Source: Stylophora pistillata (lineage: Eukaryota). From it: DNA of 64,000 nt. Position 1 is the stretch's first letter, and every line of letters starts with the position of its first letter. Below the pieces are notes generated by a model. The model had not been told where the DNA came from. It worked only from the letters and a program-made list of their open reading frames with translations, and searched no databases. Of the stretch, positions 45,701 to 57,451 are shown one piece after another. The stretch is from contig NW_019217788.1 of assembly GCF_002571385.2 (NCBI RefSeq), forward strand, positions 1,768,866 to 1,832,865, in the 5' to 3' direction. The translations under genes were made by a program, and so were the position numbers.

Positions 45701-48700
45701 AAGGATTGTGTACAATGCACAAAAATGCCATTCTGGATAACAAACCCTTTAAGATACCAAGTGTTGAGAGTTCTGAATACACATCTGAGAACCCTTTTGT
45801 TGCCCCCCTCCCCCCCCCCACCGATTCCTCTACTGAAGGTTACTAATGACTTGTGTCCCCCATCTAAACTTCTGCTACACACGCTAACTTTAATTGTTAC
45901 TAACAGTACTGAAACAGCATTTTTAGATATTAATTGGTTGAATATTTCTTCAACCCCAAAAGGCCCTTAAATATGACTAACCTGGTTTACAAAGAAAAAA
46001 GGCTGATAGTTTCGAAAGAAACTGTTTGGGGCTGCGTTGGTGGGGGTAACGAAATAATTTGGATATATCAACAAAGTTGAAATGGTAAATTGGCCACCGT
46101 AACAATTACAAAAGCTGACGTTTCGAGCGTTAGCCCTTTGTCGGAGTGAACAGAGGAACTGTGGGTTGTGTGCTTTTAAAGGCAGAAAATGGAGCTACGT
46201 TATTGGTGGGAACATGGCAACAAGAAAAACAAGAATAAATTAGTGGAATGAAAAGCGTTCGTTGATCCCTGGTTTACAAAGCACGTGAGAAATAGAAGCA
46301 TGCCCCTTCCCTGATTCTGAGGCTGTTTATTCTCAGGTTGACTTTCCCAGGCCTCCCCTCCCCCACCACTCTGAGACATTTTTTTCAAGTTTCCATTATT
46401 TGCTTTAGAAGCATTTTCTAAGGTGTTCAATACTAAAAACATCCACTACAAAGTAATCACGTAGAGTAAAAATCTTCAAGGAATTGGTCTCCATAACTGT
46501 TCCTTTCAGCAGATACTAAGTTGTGTTATCCACTTCTTACTTATAAGAAAGAAACCAAAAAAAATTCATGTAAAAAAACTTTGGAAGTCCAATCATTCTA
46601 TCTACTAATAAATAACTCATTCATGCAACCACTTCTGGTAGTAATGAGAAACCTGCAAACCTTGCTGCCCGTCGTTCTCAAACTGGTATCTATTGGAGGG
46701 TCTCATAAGAGGTCTGTTTTCTGGTAGAAGAAGTCTTTTGTGAAGTTTCAACCTGTATGATGCTGCCAGAAAATAAAAATGTCATATTACAACAACAAAA
46801 AAAGTATAACCTTTCAACTACCTTATAATGAAAATTCTAAAAGGTTAAAAGATTTGAACAATGTGATCATGATGTGGATTTCTTCAATGAATGCCCATTT
46901 TGGTACTTGGTGTTGCTGATTTTGAAAGTGCCGCGTTGTTAAAATAATTTCAAACTAGGTTGATTTAACTTTTACTTTTTTAATGAAAAACATGAATTAG
47001 ACTAGTTTTAAGTCATAGTGACCTTGACTCATCTATAACTACCAAATAAATAAATGTACTGACCAAGTTTATCATCTTCTATTGGTTCACCATCTCCTTT
47101 AATGCTGGGATAAACAGCGGTCACCAAATGACAAAACCCAGGAAGCTTGAAGTGGTGTGCCTTAACGAGAGCTAACGAGCTTCCCTGGAATAAGAAAGAT
47201 CAGGAATGATTGCAAACTTTGTCTCAACTTACCATTCTTCAGTTACTCTCTGTTACCTTATCACAGGATTGGACAGTTTTTGTAATTACAACTCCAGCTT
47301 CAATGCTTTCACTTCAAAGATCTACATAGAAATTCTCTCATGATACTATCTCCCACACATCTCTGATAATTTCAGTTCTGAGAATTTGTTTTTGAATCAT
47401 ACAATTCATAGAATTCAGTTCTGAGAATTTGTTTTTGAATCATACTGCTTAGCAGTCTGGTAAAGTCCCCTGCACAGTGTTGTAAAGCACCATGAGCTAA
47501 GGATATAAGTGCTATATAAATAAAAGTTATTATTATTATATTATTATTATTATTATTAATATCCCCTGGTTGACATTTTCCCATATTCTCATCACCTTCC
47601 TGCTTAAAATTGTACTAATATTGTAAGGAGAAATTACATTTTGGTCACTCCTGAAAGGGTTAAAGGAAGATGGAAAACATTTATCACAAGTGAATGACAA
47701 AGGAAAATCTTTTGTTCCAAAAAAATTGAGATTTAATGCAGAAATACATGACTGAGGTAATTCCAATTGGTAGAAAGTTTCAGTAACCATACCTTGGAAA
47801 ACTGTGCCATAACTGAGGCCATCTTTCTAAGCTGACTGCACAGGGCAGAAATAAATAACTTCGGCAGACTCTTCAATGGAGTGTCTCTTGATAAATTTAA
47901 CACCACATCAAGTGCCAAGTTGCAAATTGTTTTAGACTTTGCCTCTACAAATAATAAAGTAAAACAGCTGGGGAAACTTTTCTCACAGCCTAGGTTATAA
48001 TTTTGAATACTAGACAGTGACATAATGATAATCATTTGCCAGATTAAATCCCTTAAATATGGGGGCTTGATTACTATGTATTTGTGAAAGTGTAGTGTGA
48101 TTGTGTGGGTGAGTGTAGTCCTGAGAAGGACTGTTGTCAATGGTGGTGACTGATGTTTTGACAGCCTGTGCGGAAGTCATCATCAGAGTCAAGTGAATAG
48201 TTGTTGTCAGTAGAATGTTCTTAGTCCAGTTCGTGTAAAATGATTGGTCAGTTTTGCCATGGTGTTATTGGCTGTAAGACTCACAAGTGGCATAAGTCGG
48301 TTATGATTGGTCTGTTTTGATCTGTCCGTAAAGTTAGGCTGTTCTGTCTGGTTCGTTTGTAATGTTAATGTCATGAATGAGTCAATTACTATATACTTGT
48401 TGAGTGAGTGAAAAGGGCTGTAGGGGAACATTTAGCTGAAGTTCAGAACAGAGCATGAGGTGTCACCTTTCCTGTATTGGATAACTGGTACAAATGCTTC
48501 CTCATCCTTGTTATTGTCTGTCAGCTGATATAAGTATCGTACATCCAATACATCCTAGGATAGAGAGAAGGATACCATTGTGAATAGAAGACCAGTGCCA
48601 CATGACAACATCTATTTCTAGACTGGCCTGGCCTGTATATTAAAGCAAAAGCAAAGCCTCAAACCTTAAGTTTCAGTGAACCAGAAGAGGAAACCGACTT

Positions 48701-51700
48701 GGCACTTTTCTGTTTTCCTTTACTCTTGCCTGATCCATGCATGCTTTGCAGTTTTTCTTGTCCTAATTCAATCCTTGCCAGAAGTGATTCACAGCTTTCT
48801 GATTCATCGCTTCCATGATCCACATTTTTAAGCAACAGTTTACAGTCTTTTATGTGGAAGGCAGTTGACGTGGAATCTAACTCTTTGCAAGTCTTTTCAA
48901 TATTGTTTGTAATTTCTGATGTATCTGTTGGAAAAAAAAGAACTAGATTGTCACATATCTTTCAAATATCCTGATAACTTTGTTTCTGTTTTTATCTTGC
49001 GTAGGGTTAGGATTTTTCAACTGTTCAGTTGTTCATATATCAGGACATTTTAAGTTTGCATGTACTCCATTCTCTATTTCAGAAGTTCTATGTTAAATTT
49101 AATTTAATCGAGTTTGCTTGATTTAGAGTTCTGTTCACTATGATGGGAACAATCATGGTAAGTAATGACAGAGCTTGAAATGATGGGCCCATCAACAGAT
49201 AAAGCCCAGTCAAATGTGGGTTTTGTTTGATTACCTGTAAATTCCTTTTTATATTTCTTCCAGTTGTTTACATCCTCGAAGACCCAGGGGCTGAGTCGAT
49301 TTCAAGTTAGGGCATGAAGAGCCCCTGGGGACATTGTCTTACAAGACTAGTTGCAAACGGTCGCAGTCGTTCTGCCATCTGATTGGTGCCAGAAAATCTT
49401 TGTGTTTTTCTGCCCTATCAGAGTGAAGTGTACTTTAGAAACCCTTCGTGTGTTTTAACACAGACATATATGCAAGTAGCTCAGTTGCTCGCTATGATTG
49501 TTTGGACCGTGCGACGGAGATTTGCTTGAGGTGAAAAGTTTCAGTCTCAGCACACAATGTAAGAGAGATCGATCAGATTGTCCGCGAAAATTTTACCGGA
49601 AATTATACTGAATACTTTCGCAGGTATCACGNNNNNNNNNNNNNNNNNNNNNNTCCGAGGATGAGTTGTTTACAAAATAATTGTTACAATACTGGAATGT
49701 GGAATGCTCAAGATTTATATATAGAATGTTTAGTGTATCGCCAAGTAAGTTTAGCTTTTGTGGAATAAAAGTTTGGTACTCTAAAAGACTGTAAGGCAGA
49801 GAAGCATGAGGAAATAATAATGGGAAGAAGAATTCAATTCTGAACAGAGCTCAGGTTTTAAACACTTTTCCTGCATTGAGTTTGAAACTACTTGTATAAC
49901 AAAAGCACCATCATGGTAAATATAGGAGGGGGGAGGGATTTACTGAGTTCTGACTTAATGGCTATTAGTCCTGTCAAAAACAGTTTTGTCCAGTGCCAAC
50001 TGGAGATTGTTTCACACCTTAAATGGCAACATTTTTACTGTCCCCTATTGAGTTATTAAAATAATTGTGATGTCACAAATGCTTTGCATTAACAAGGGAC
50101 GTTTAGCCATCTTGAGAACATACCATTTTGATCCTTGGAGACAGATAGAGGTATGCTTGCTTGAACTCGAAAGCAAATCCTCTTTTCTAGAAATTCTCCC
50201 TGGATACTTGCTTCTTGCCACTCACACTCAGATACTGATTCAAGATCCTTGTTGTAGATAAAACACCTTTTTCTTTCACCATCACTGGTATTAACATGCT
50301 GTAAAACCACTAGAGAATTGTTGGTTACTGAAGCATCCTGTGAAATAAGAAAAGTCTACATGTAAATATGTAAGATACTATAATATTATACCTTTTACTC
50401 TGGCAAATGACCAACATATTAAGTCCCTTACAAATAAACTGACCCTTTAAACGAGCATCAGTTTGCATATCCTCTATACTGTTCTCTATGCATTTCCTAG
50501 GGTTCTGTCAAAGAGAATTTGTTTAATAATAAAGAGCTTCTTTAGTTGTTGATTATTTCCTTTATTCTCATTAACTTAATGTTTAATTCAGGGTAACAAC
50601 GTAAGGAGAACTTAGATCCCAGTGATCCTTACATGTTTACATTTCTAAATTGAGTTCTAGAAAATATGCTTAGAGATTTACAATCTCACCTTTAAAAATG
50701 TTCCATTAAATATTTTTTTAAGCTCACAGGGTTCAAGATTTGTAGGTTTAACACAAGAATAATGAATTCCAACCAGACGTATCCCTAAAAGAGAAAAGAA
50801 TCAGGAAAATTAATACTACAATGATAACATCGATCTTTATTTTTCCTTGTTAAAATAAAAGTTACATACTATCAGTCAATGCAAATCTAAAAAGGTATTA
50901 ATAGTAAAATAATCCTAAATACCTAAATAATATTATTATCCAACTGTGCTTGGTAGAATACAAATAATGCGCAAATTGAGTACAAAGTATTTGTACCCCA
51001 GACAACCAGTTAGAAATTTGCTTGCACTGAAATAACAATTTGGCATGTAGGTAGGATAATAAATCTCTGATTAAACATTTTGTTGTGTTACTCATTGTAT
51101 TAGTTTAACTCACCCTATAGGCTCATCAAAAAAGAGCACAACTCATAAAAATACTCAAAACATTTAATAAGATATATATACTCAATAATTACAAAATAAC
51201 AAAGAAGATTATTACTATAAACAATAAAATAAGAGGAGGGAGCACTGCTTGGTGGAAGGATTCAAGAAAGAATTGAAAGGACTTGGATATATATTATAAA
51301 TACTTGTGGGAGATTTTATTCAGGAAAGATCTTATGCATGTCAAGAGAGGAATTATGCTAGTTCCATTCATTTTTATTTCAAATTTTTATTTTTTTCAGT
51401 AACTCCCAAAAAGAGGATGGTATCTCATTTTATAGTCTGGCGCTAATTCTTGAGAAGACAATTTTTGGTACCTCACGCTTTGAGTTTTGTGTAGAAAGTA
51501 CAATTTATATTAATTTTATTGAGACATTTCCTTATTACTAACAGACAGTGGAGCTTCACCAAGAACAGAGAGACAGACTGTCAAACAATAGACGACGTGA
51601 TAAATGACTGGTTGGCTGGCTGGATGAATAGAAGGGATGAGGGATGAATAGTTGGAGACATGATAGAATGGGTTAATGAACCAATGGAAAAGACTGAAAA

Positions 51701-52486
51701 GAGGTCAATAAAAAGTGGGATAAGAGAAAAATTTAAACAGAAAGACCAACAGACCGACAGACTGATGGACAGACATTCAAATGAACAGACAGACAGATAA
51801 ATGGATTACCCAAAAGGTGAAAAAAATTAATGATTTGGATAAGACTAACAGAATATTTAAGCATTACATAAGACAGAAAGAGTTCCATATAACCCCATAC
51901 ATTAATTATGCATTCCATTTCATAAAGACTCACTATAAAATTAAGGTTTCTTGGCAACACTCTGTGCATAATTAATGTAAGTGGTTATATGGAACTCTTG
52001 CCCTTAAGACCCCTAGAATAAAAAAAGTTGACTTGTGTTACAAATATTAATTTAAAGGAAAATACGTTCTTGTCTTTGTGCAACTATAGGCAATAGAATA
52101 TCACATGAAGATAAATTTAAGACTTATGTACAAACCGTTGGGGATAAGAGAATATAATTCTGATTTCTCATTTTTCCAGTCAGGGACTGCTGGATACCCT
52201 GTCTTAGCGGGTGGATGACTTTCTGTACAAGCTGCACAACCAATTATGTGAATTTTATTTGGGAACACCTCGCCAAAAACATATCCAAGAAAATTGTCGT
52301 CTTTTCCTTCCTCTAGGTTCTTCGTTCGTTGAAGCAATGTCTTGAAAAATAAAATATACCAGATATTTATCTCATTGAGTAAATTATGTCATGCCAGCTA
52401 TACTTATTGAAAAAAGTAAGGAAAGCAGATATTTTTACCTGTTTTATTGAATAATCGATAAAAACCTGCATGTTCTCGTCCTCCAT
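42797..52486 (-). CDS. UFSP2: Ufm1-specific protease 2 (peptidase C78), about 15 exons (e.g. 52439-52486, about 52135-52341, about 50690-50784, about 50125-50337, about 48697-48925, about 48467-48554, about 47793-47944, about 47065-47185, about 46661-46762, 45647-45685, 45269-45345, 44344-44647, 43986-44049, 43413-43473, 42797-42883)
   Basis: Spliced translation gives [27 protein letters not shown]...[13 protein letters not shown]...[17 protein letters not shown]...[10 protein letters not shown]...[11 protein letters not shown]...YNMCMPQRP. Catalytic Cys and the DPH box are intact. Confidence 0.93.
44125..44315. mobile_element. piggyBac-like MITE family (TTAA-CCCT ends); other copies at about 45405-45617, 47560-47663, 50440-50630, 58100-58301, 59334-59540, 62560-62820, 63530-63740
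   Basis: Recurring ttaaccct...gaccaagacagaatttctcctt...agacaagtgatgaga...aaattctcc...agggttaa pattern. Confidence 0.7.
46058..46290 (-). mobile_element. Penelope/retrozyme-like repeat carrying a decayed hammerhead motif; copies at 55588-55681 and about 62125-62440
   Basis: Near-identical tttggatatatcaacaaagttgaaatggtaaattggccaccgtaac.attacaaaagctgacgtttcgagcgttagccctt at 46058 and 55588; longer homology with 62125-62330. Confidence 0.7.
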
Positions 52487-52737
52487 GTTTTCTTATGGAG
52501 CCCGCAGCACTAATATCTGCGGTTTCCACCCTAACCATCATAGTGCTCATGGAAGTGCTCATGTAATTGTTGCGTTGTTAAAGATTACTTCTTATTGTGT
52601 CCTACTGTGATGCTCTGTGTGATGATCAAAGCGTTTCTCTTGAACAAAGCTTGTTTTACCGTCCCTAAACACCTAAAATTACCACAGGAACTAGTACTAA
52701 AGGGGTATTACGTCTACTGAATCTTTATGGAAAGCTT

Positions 52738-54258
52738 ATGGAATCAAAACGTCGTTGGAATTTTTTTCTATTTTTCTTTAGCATCGGAAAACTCGCGGAT
52801 ATCCGCAGACTTGACTCCAGACTGGTCCCAACGATTCATTTGTGTCGTCCTTTAAAAAACATTTCATCAGCAATACACGCTACTGAAAACTTTGCAGGGA
52901 GAGAGTCCTCATCTCGTCCGTTTTCTCATCCAAAGAAAAAGAACGTGATACTAAGAACTATTCTCGGTCATTTCTTGTCCATTGGCCATGAGCCAAATAC
53001 GTTCCCCGAAATATATAAAGTCGAAACTGAAAGAGTTGGTGGTTCTTGGAAAATGAAGGAAGACAGTGACTCAATTGAGGAGATTAGGAACGTTGAGCAG
53101 ATGATAAGAGGCGATCAAATGACAGATGTCAATAAAAGTAGCTATTCTGCCAACCAGAGTGGTGGTATTACCCATCAAGAACAAGATGTTGAAAATCATC
53201 AGCGTCATGGTGAAAATATGAATACTTTGGAACAATTTGGGGGATTTTTGGAGTCACCATCTAGACAAGAAACACACAGCTTTATCTGTCCTGGTGGTAA
53301 TGATGTGGAGTACACCAATTCATCTACAATGAACGCTGAGAGATCTGAATCCTCTCAGAGTCTTACAAATAAAAAAGAAACTGATGAAAGTCCTGATATT
53401 AAACCACTTGTCTTGGATACTCCCTTTGATCCAAAGCCAGAGAGTGCACTTGACAATGCAGAATGGACAATTGTGAACAGAGCAAAATACGAACAAAGAA
53501 TGGGAGACAAACGGAAGGAGAAACCTCAGCTGAATGCATCATTAGAAGATGGCAAATCAGATGCTGCTGGTACATGTGTGAATGGAGACAATGGACTCTT
53601 TTCCCCAAGAAACAAGAGGCCTAAAAGGATACAACCAAACTTTTTCTTGGCTGTGCGCATTCATAATCCTCAGATACACACTGGTATCAAGGTTATCCAA
53701 GACTCTATTGCCACACACAATAAGAAACTTAAGCCTGCCTTTGTCTCCTTGGCGACATTGCATGTTACCCTAATGGTCATGCACCTTGAGGATGCTAAGG
53801 AAATTGAGAAAGCAGGAAGAATATTGCATCAGTGCAAGACATCTTTGGAACCCATCCTAGCCAAAAGTGCAATGATGCTAAGATTTTCTGGTCTTGGCCA
53901 CTTTCGACAACAAGTTCTCTATGCAAAACTTGAGGAAGAGGGAAGAGACTTTTTGAAATCAGTTGCGGAAATTTTGCGAGAAATATTTACAAAAGAAGGC
54001 ATCCCTTCCACTGATTCTCGAGAGTACAATCCTCACATGACTGTCATGAAATTAACAGGCCATAACCCACAGTTGAGGAGGAATGGGGTGAAGAAAATCC
54101 CAGAGGAGAGTTATTCAAGCTGGGTTGATTTGAATTTTGGGGAAGAGCAAGTGACAGCTTTGCACTTATGTGCAATGGGTGAGAAAGATAGAGATGGATT
54201 TTATAAGTGTATGGCAACAGTGACATTTGGTGACTCAGATAAAACATCTTTCAGTTGA
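52738..54258 (+). CDS. AKAP7-like 2H phosphoesterase (2',5'-phosphodiesterase fold) with long disordered N-terminus and basic NLS; intronless; true start could be a downstream ATG
   Basis: PRNKRPKRIQPNFFLAVRI, then two HxT motifs (LHVTL, PHMTV), F.GLGHF..QVLYAK, LHLCAM......GFY. No C-terminal PKA-anchoring helix is evident. Confidence 0.9.
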   Translation: MESKRRWNFFLFFFSIGKLADIRRLDSRLVPTIHLCRPLKNISSAIHATENFAGRESSSRPFSHPKKKNVILRTILGHFLSIGHEPNTFPEIYKVETERVGGSWKMKEDSDSIEEIRNVEQMIRGDQMTDVNKSSYSANQSGGITHQEQDVENHQRHGENMNTLEQFGGFLESPSRQETHSFICPGGNDVEYTNSSTMNAERSESSQSLTNKKETDESPDIKPLVLDTPFDPKPESALDNAEWTIVNRAKYEQRMGDKRKEKPQLNASLEDGKSDAAGTCVNGDNGLFSPRNKRPKRIQPNFFLAVRIHNPQIHTGIKVIQDSIATHNKKLKPAFVSLATLHVTLMVMHLEDAKEIEKAGRILHQCKTSLEPILAKSAMMLRFSGLGHFRQQVLYAKLEEEGRDFLKSVAEILREIFTKEGIPSTDSREYNPHMTVMKLTGHNPQLRRNGVKKIPEESYSSWVDLNFGEEQVTALHLCAMGEKDRDGFYKCMATVTFGDSDKTSFS

Positions 54259-55820
54259 ACAGAGAAAGAACACAGTCAGTGACATCAAAGGGAAGTCTAT
54301 GGAACACAAAATATCCTTGGCCAAAATTTGAACTATGATCTCACCATCTAGATTACAGCATGCTTGCTCAGTAGGCCTCCATGTCTGCCAAAGAGTAAAA
54401 TAGTTAAAAAAAAGGGATTCCATCAGTGCTCCAAAATTTTTTCAGTTATATGTCCTTGTAAATATTACTTTTACTCTCAAGGTTGTGCTTTTTTAAGTAC
54501 ACTATTTTAAAAATAAGCACGTACAGGAAGTGTAATTCAATACACATCAAAGAAGTCACACCAGATCACAAATCGTTCATTTTTTTCCTTTTATGGAGTG
54601 ATTCTTTTTTACCAAATTTCATTATTGAAATATTTAAGAGAAATAATAATAAAAGGTCTTAGATAAAAATAAGGATTATCACAATTGTAAGTCTGAGACT
54701 GTACTAGTTCAATTTTAGGAAGTCACTGAAATAGAACCTGCAATGAGCCAAGTTTAACACAAAAAGGATATTTGATAAAACTATGTGTGGTGAAGACTTA
54801 GCCAATATTAAAAAACATTTACCAAAGGGAATTTCAGAAAATCTGGAGTCAATTCTACATATTTTGTCAGGCTGATGTCACAAAAATCTGAAAAACATTC
54901 ACATGCTTTATGTTTTTGTCCTCATGCAAACACACATACCAGCCAAAAAACATGTGTTCATTCATTACTGCAAACACGTTTGCACACAAACCATTTTGAA
55001 TCATCAAGGGCATCTGGTCTAAAACTCTTAGGAACCTCCTAACTTGGATTATTTGTTTTCAGTTACTTGAGCTCATTCAATTCCTACCAAAGCACAAAAA
55101 TCTGAGCAACACAAATTAAAAACAAAATATTGTGAAAACCTGAAGTGAAACGAAAAAAAATCATTACCTTTTTTTAAACCAAAATCAATAAGTTATTTCT
55201 CCACAGTTGCAGATACGACTCACTCGAATGTAACTAGACACACCAAAAAATTGACCCTCTCCAATATTATTGATAAAGTAACACGTGTGTAAAGAAGGCT
55301 CTCATTCGTTTTATTTACTGACAATGAAACACGTTGATAATGATTAAAATATGGGTGAAATATAAATAGATTTAGCTCTCCATTCCTAAACAATCTTCTC
55401 TATAACCCTACACTAAAAACAGTTTATTGCAGGAGTTTTTCACTTAGGGTTTATTTAGGATAGGATAAACATCACTCGGGACTAGCCAGCATAACATATT
55501 TGATGGAAAAATTTGAGCAAAGTTTGAAAAGTGTGGAAAACTACAAAACTGCTCTCACCCCATAGCGGAGCAACTGATAAGGATTTAATTTGGATATATC
55601 AACAAAGTTGAAATGGTAAATTGGCCACCGTAACGATTACAAAAGCTGACGTTTCGAGCGTTAGCCCTTCGTTGGAGCGAATGATAAGGATTTAGCTGAC
55701 GACGAAGATATTGATGACACATACTACATGACACATTCTACATGACACACGGAGCAAAACTCCATAAAAAGCCCATCAGGACCTATCGGCGATTCTCAAA
55801 CTTGTATCATCAAGATTTAC

Positions 55821-56135
55821 CAGGGTTAGTACCCTTTTTCAGAGACAAATTTCAAGGAATTTTCCAGGACTTTTCCAGGCTCAGAATGATCTTTCCAGGA
55901 CTCCAAATTTCACCTTTAACCCCGTTTCATTCACAAGATTTCAAAATCAATACTCCTCTTTACGGTCTACACACATTTCTTTTAACGTAAATTTTGAAAC
56001 TTTATTGAATGATTTTAGCAAATTTCCAGGACTAATCCAGACCCTGTAGTCTTTTTCCAGGACTTCCCAGTCCTGGAAAGTCTCAAAAGAAAATTCCAGG
56101 ACTTTCCAGGTTTTCTAGGACCCGTTCGTACCCTG
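55821..56135. mobile_element. hAT5-like MITE with CAGGGT termini, 5-bp TSD (TTTAC) and internal TTCCAGGAC repeats
   Basis: TTTAC|CAGGGTT ... ACCCTG|TTTAC; many ttccaggac units inside. Confidence 0.7.
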
Positions 56136-56815
56136 TTTACCAACGGTCAACGGAATACTATAAAATAAACAAGATCAAGTAGATCAGTCCCGTTTCTAAA
56201 CGCTTTCCTACCGGTGGAGACCCAACTAAATTAAATCCCACTCAAAACGAAAATAGAAGCTGTCCGCCACCCTTTTCGCACCCTATATTATTTGTCACAC
56301 TCATTTAAAACACGTACTCGTTTAATTCAATTGGCACGGAGGGATCAGAAATAATCTGGATCAACCGAAAGTACAAATGAGTTTAATTTCTTCGTCACAT
56401 GTGCTTGAACGATAACTCGATCAGTTTTTTGTGTTAGCGCATAAACACATGTTACGTCATGTTTGTTAGCCAATCAGCGGTTTTTCAGCCGCGTTACTCC
56501 AGACTGACCTTAAAGGTTCAAATCGTTTTCAGTTGATTGTGTGCGGTCAGCCACCTGAAGAGCAAGATCACAAGCAGTCCTCCTTTTCGGTGAAATCCTT
56601 TGCGCGAGGTAAAAAAATTAGTGAAAAATAATCTGCTGTTAGCGCAGATATTTGCGTTGAGCGCAATGCATAATGCAAACTCTTGGACTTTGTCTCTACT
56701 AGTGCCTCACTCGTGGAACACGTGGGGCACATCACTGATTTTCCACGACTCACACGCGACGGACTTAGCCGAAAAGGAGGAACTACTCAAAACTTATCAT
56801 CATTGTGGTTAAGGT

Positions 56816-57451
56816 ATGAGTACTAGCCCAAAAGCAAGAACATTTTTCGTGGCTCTGCGCATTTCTAACCCTCAGATATATGACTGTATCAAGAAAATCC
56901 AAGATTCCATCGCCGCACACGATCAGAATCTAAAAGGACGTCCCTTGGCGAAATTGCACGTTACCCTAATGTTCATGTATCTTGAAGGTGCAGAGGAAAT
57001 TGCCAAAGCAGAAAGAATACTGCTGAATCAATGCAAGACAGCATTGGAACCCATGTTTTCCAAAAGGCCCACGACGCTTAGGTTTAAGGGCCTTGACCAC
57101 TTTTCAGATGCACATCCCCCGGTAATCTACGCAAATCTTGAACAAGAGGGAAGAGACTTTTTGAAATTAGTTAATAAAACTGTGAGTGAAATTTTCACTA
57201 AAGAAGGCATCCCTCCCAAAGATTCACCAGAGTTCATTCCTCACATGACTGTTATGAAATCAAAAAGGTATAATGGAGAAATCTCCAACGAGAGCTACAA
57301 AAGCTTTGTCGAATGTTGTATGGGAGAACAACCATTGACAAAGCTAACTTTGCACCTATGTCCAGCAAATGGTGAGACAGAAGCAGATGGGTTTTACAAG
57401 AGTATGGCAACAATGACCCTTGGTGACCCAGATGAAACATATTCCAGTTGA
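56816..57451 (+). CDS. Second AKAP7-like 2H phosphoesterase, catalytic domain only (tandem duplicate)
   Basis: 211 aa colinear with the C-terminal domain of 52738-54258. LHVTL and PHMTV are intact, and the 3' flanks are also homologous. Confidence 0.88.
   Translation: MSTSPKARTFFVALRISNPQIYDCIKKIQDSIAAHDQNLKGRPLAKLHVTLMFMYLEGAEEIAKAERILLNQCKTALEPMFSKRPTTLRFKGLDHFSDAHPPVIYANLEQEGRDFLKLVNKTVSEIFTKEGIPPKDSPEFIPHMTVMKSKRYNGEISNESYKSFVECCMGEQPLTKLTLHLCPANGETEADGFYKSMATMTLGDPDETYSS

Noticed and set aside
1775-52486. UBE2A (E2) and UFSP2 (Ubl protease) as analogues of CBASS Cap2/Cap3
   Set aside because: Both are highly conserved housekeeping orthologues with known roles and apparently ancient linkage; nothing in the sequence ties them to the Mab21 genes beyond proximity.
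55821-56135. Cluster of GGACTTTCC/GGACTTCCC kB-like words upstream of PDE-2
   Set aside because: They are internal TTCCAGGAC repeats of a MITE and lack the GGG start of a canonical kB site.
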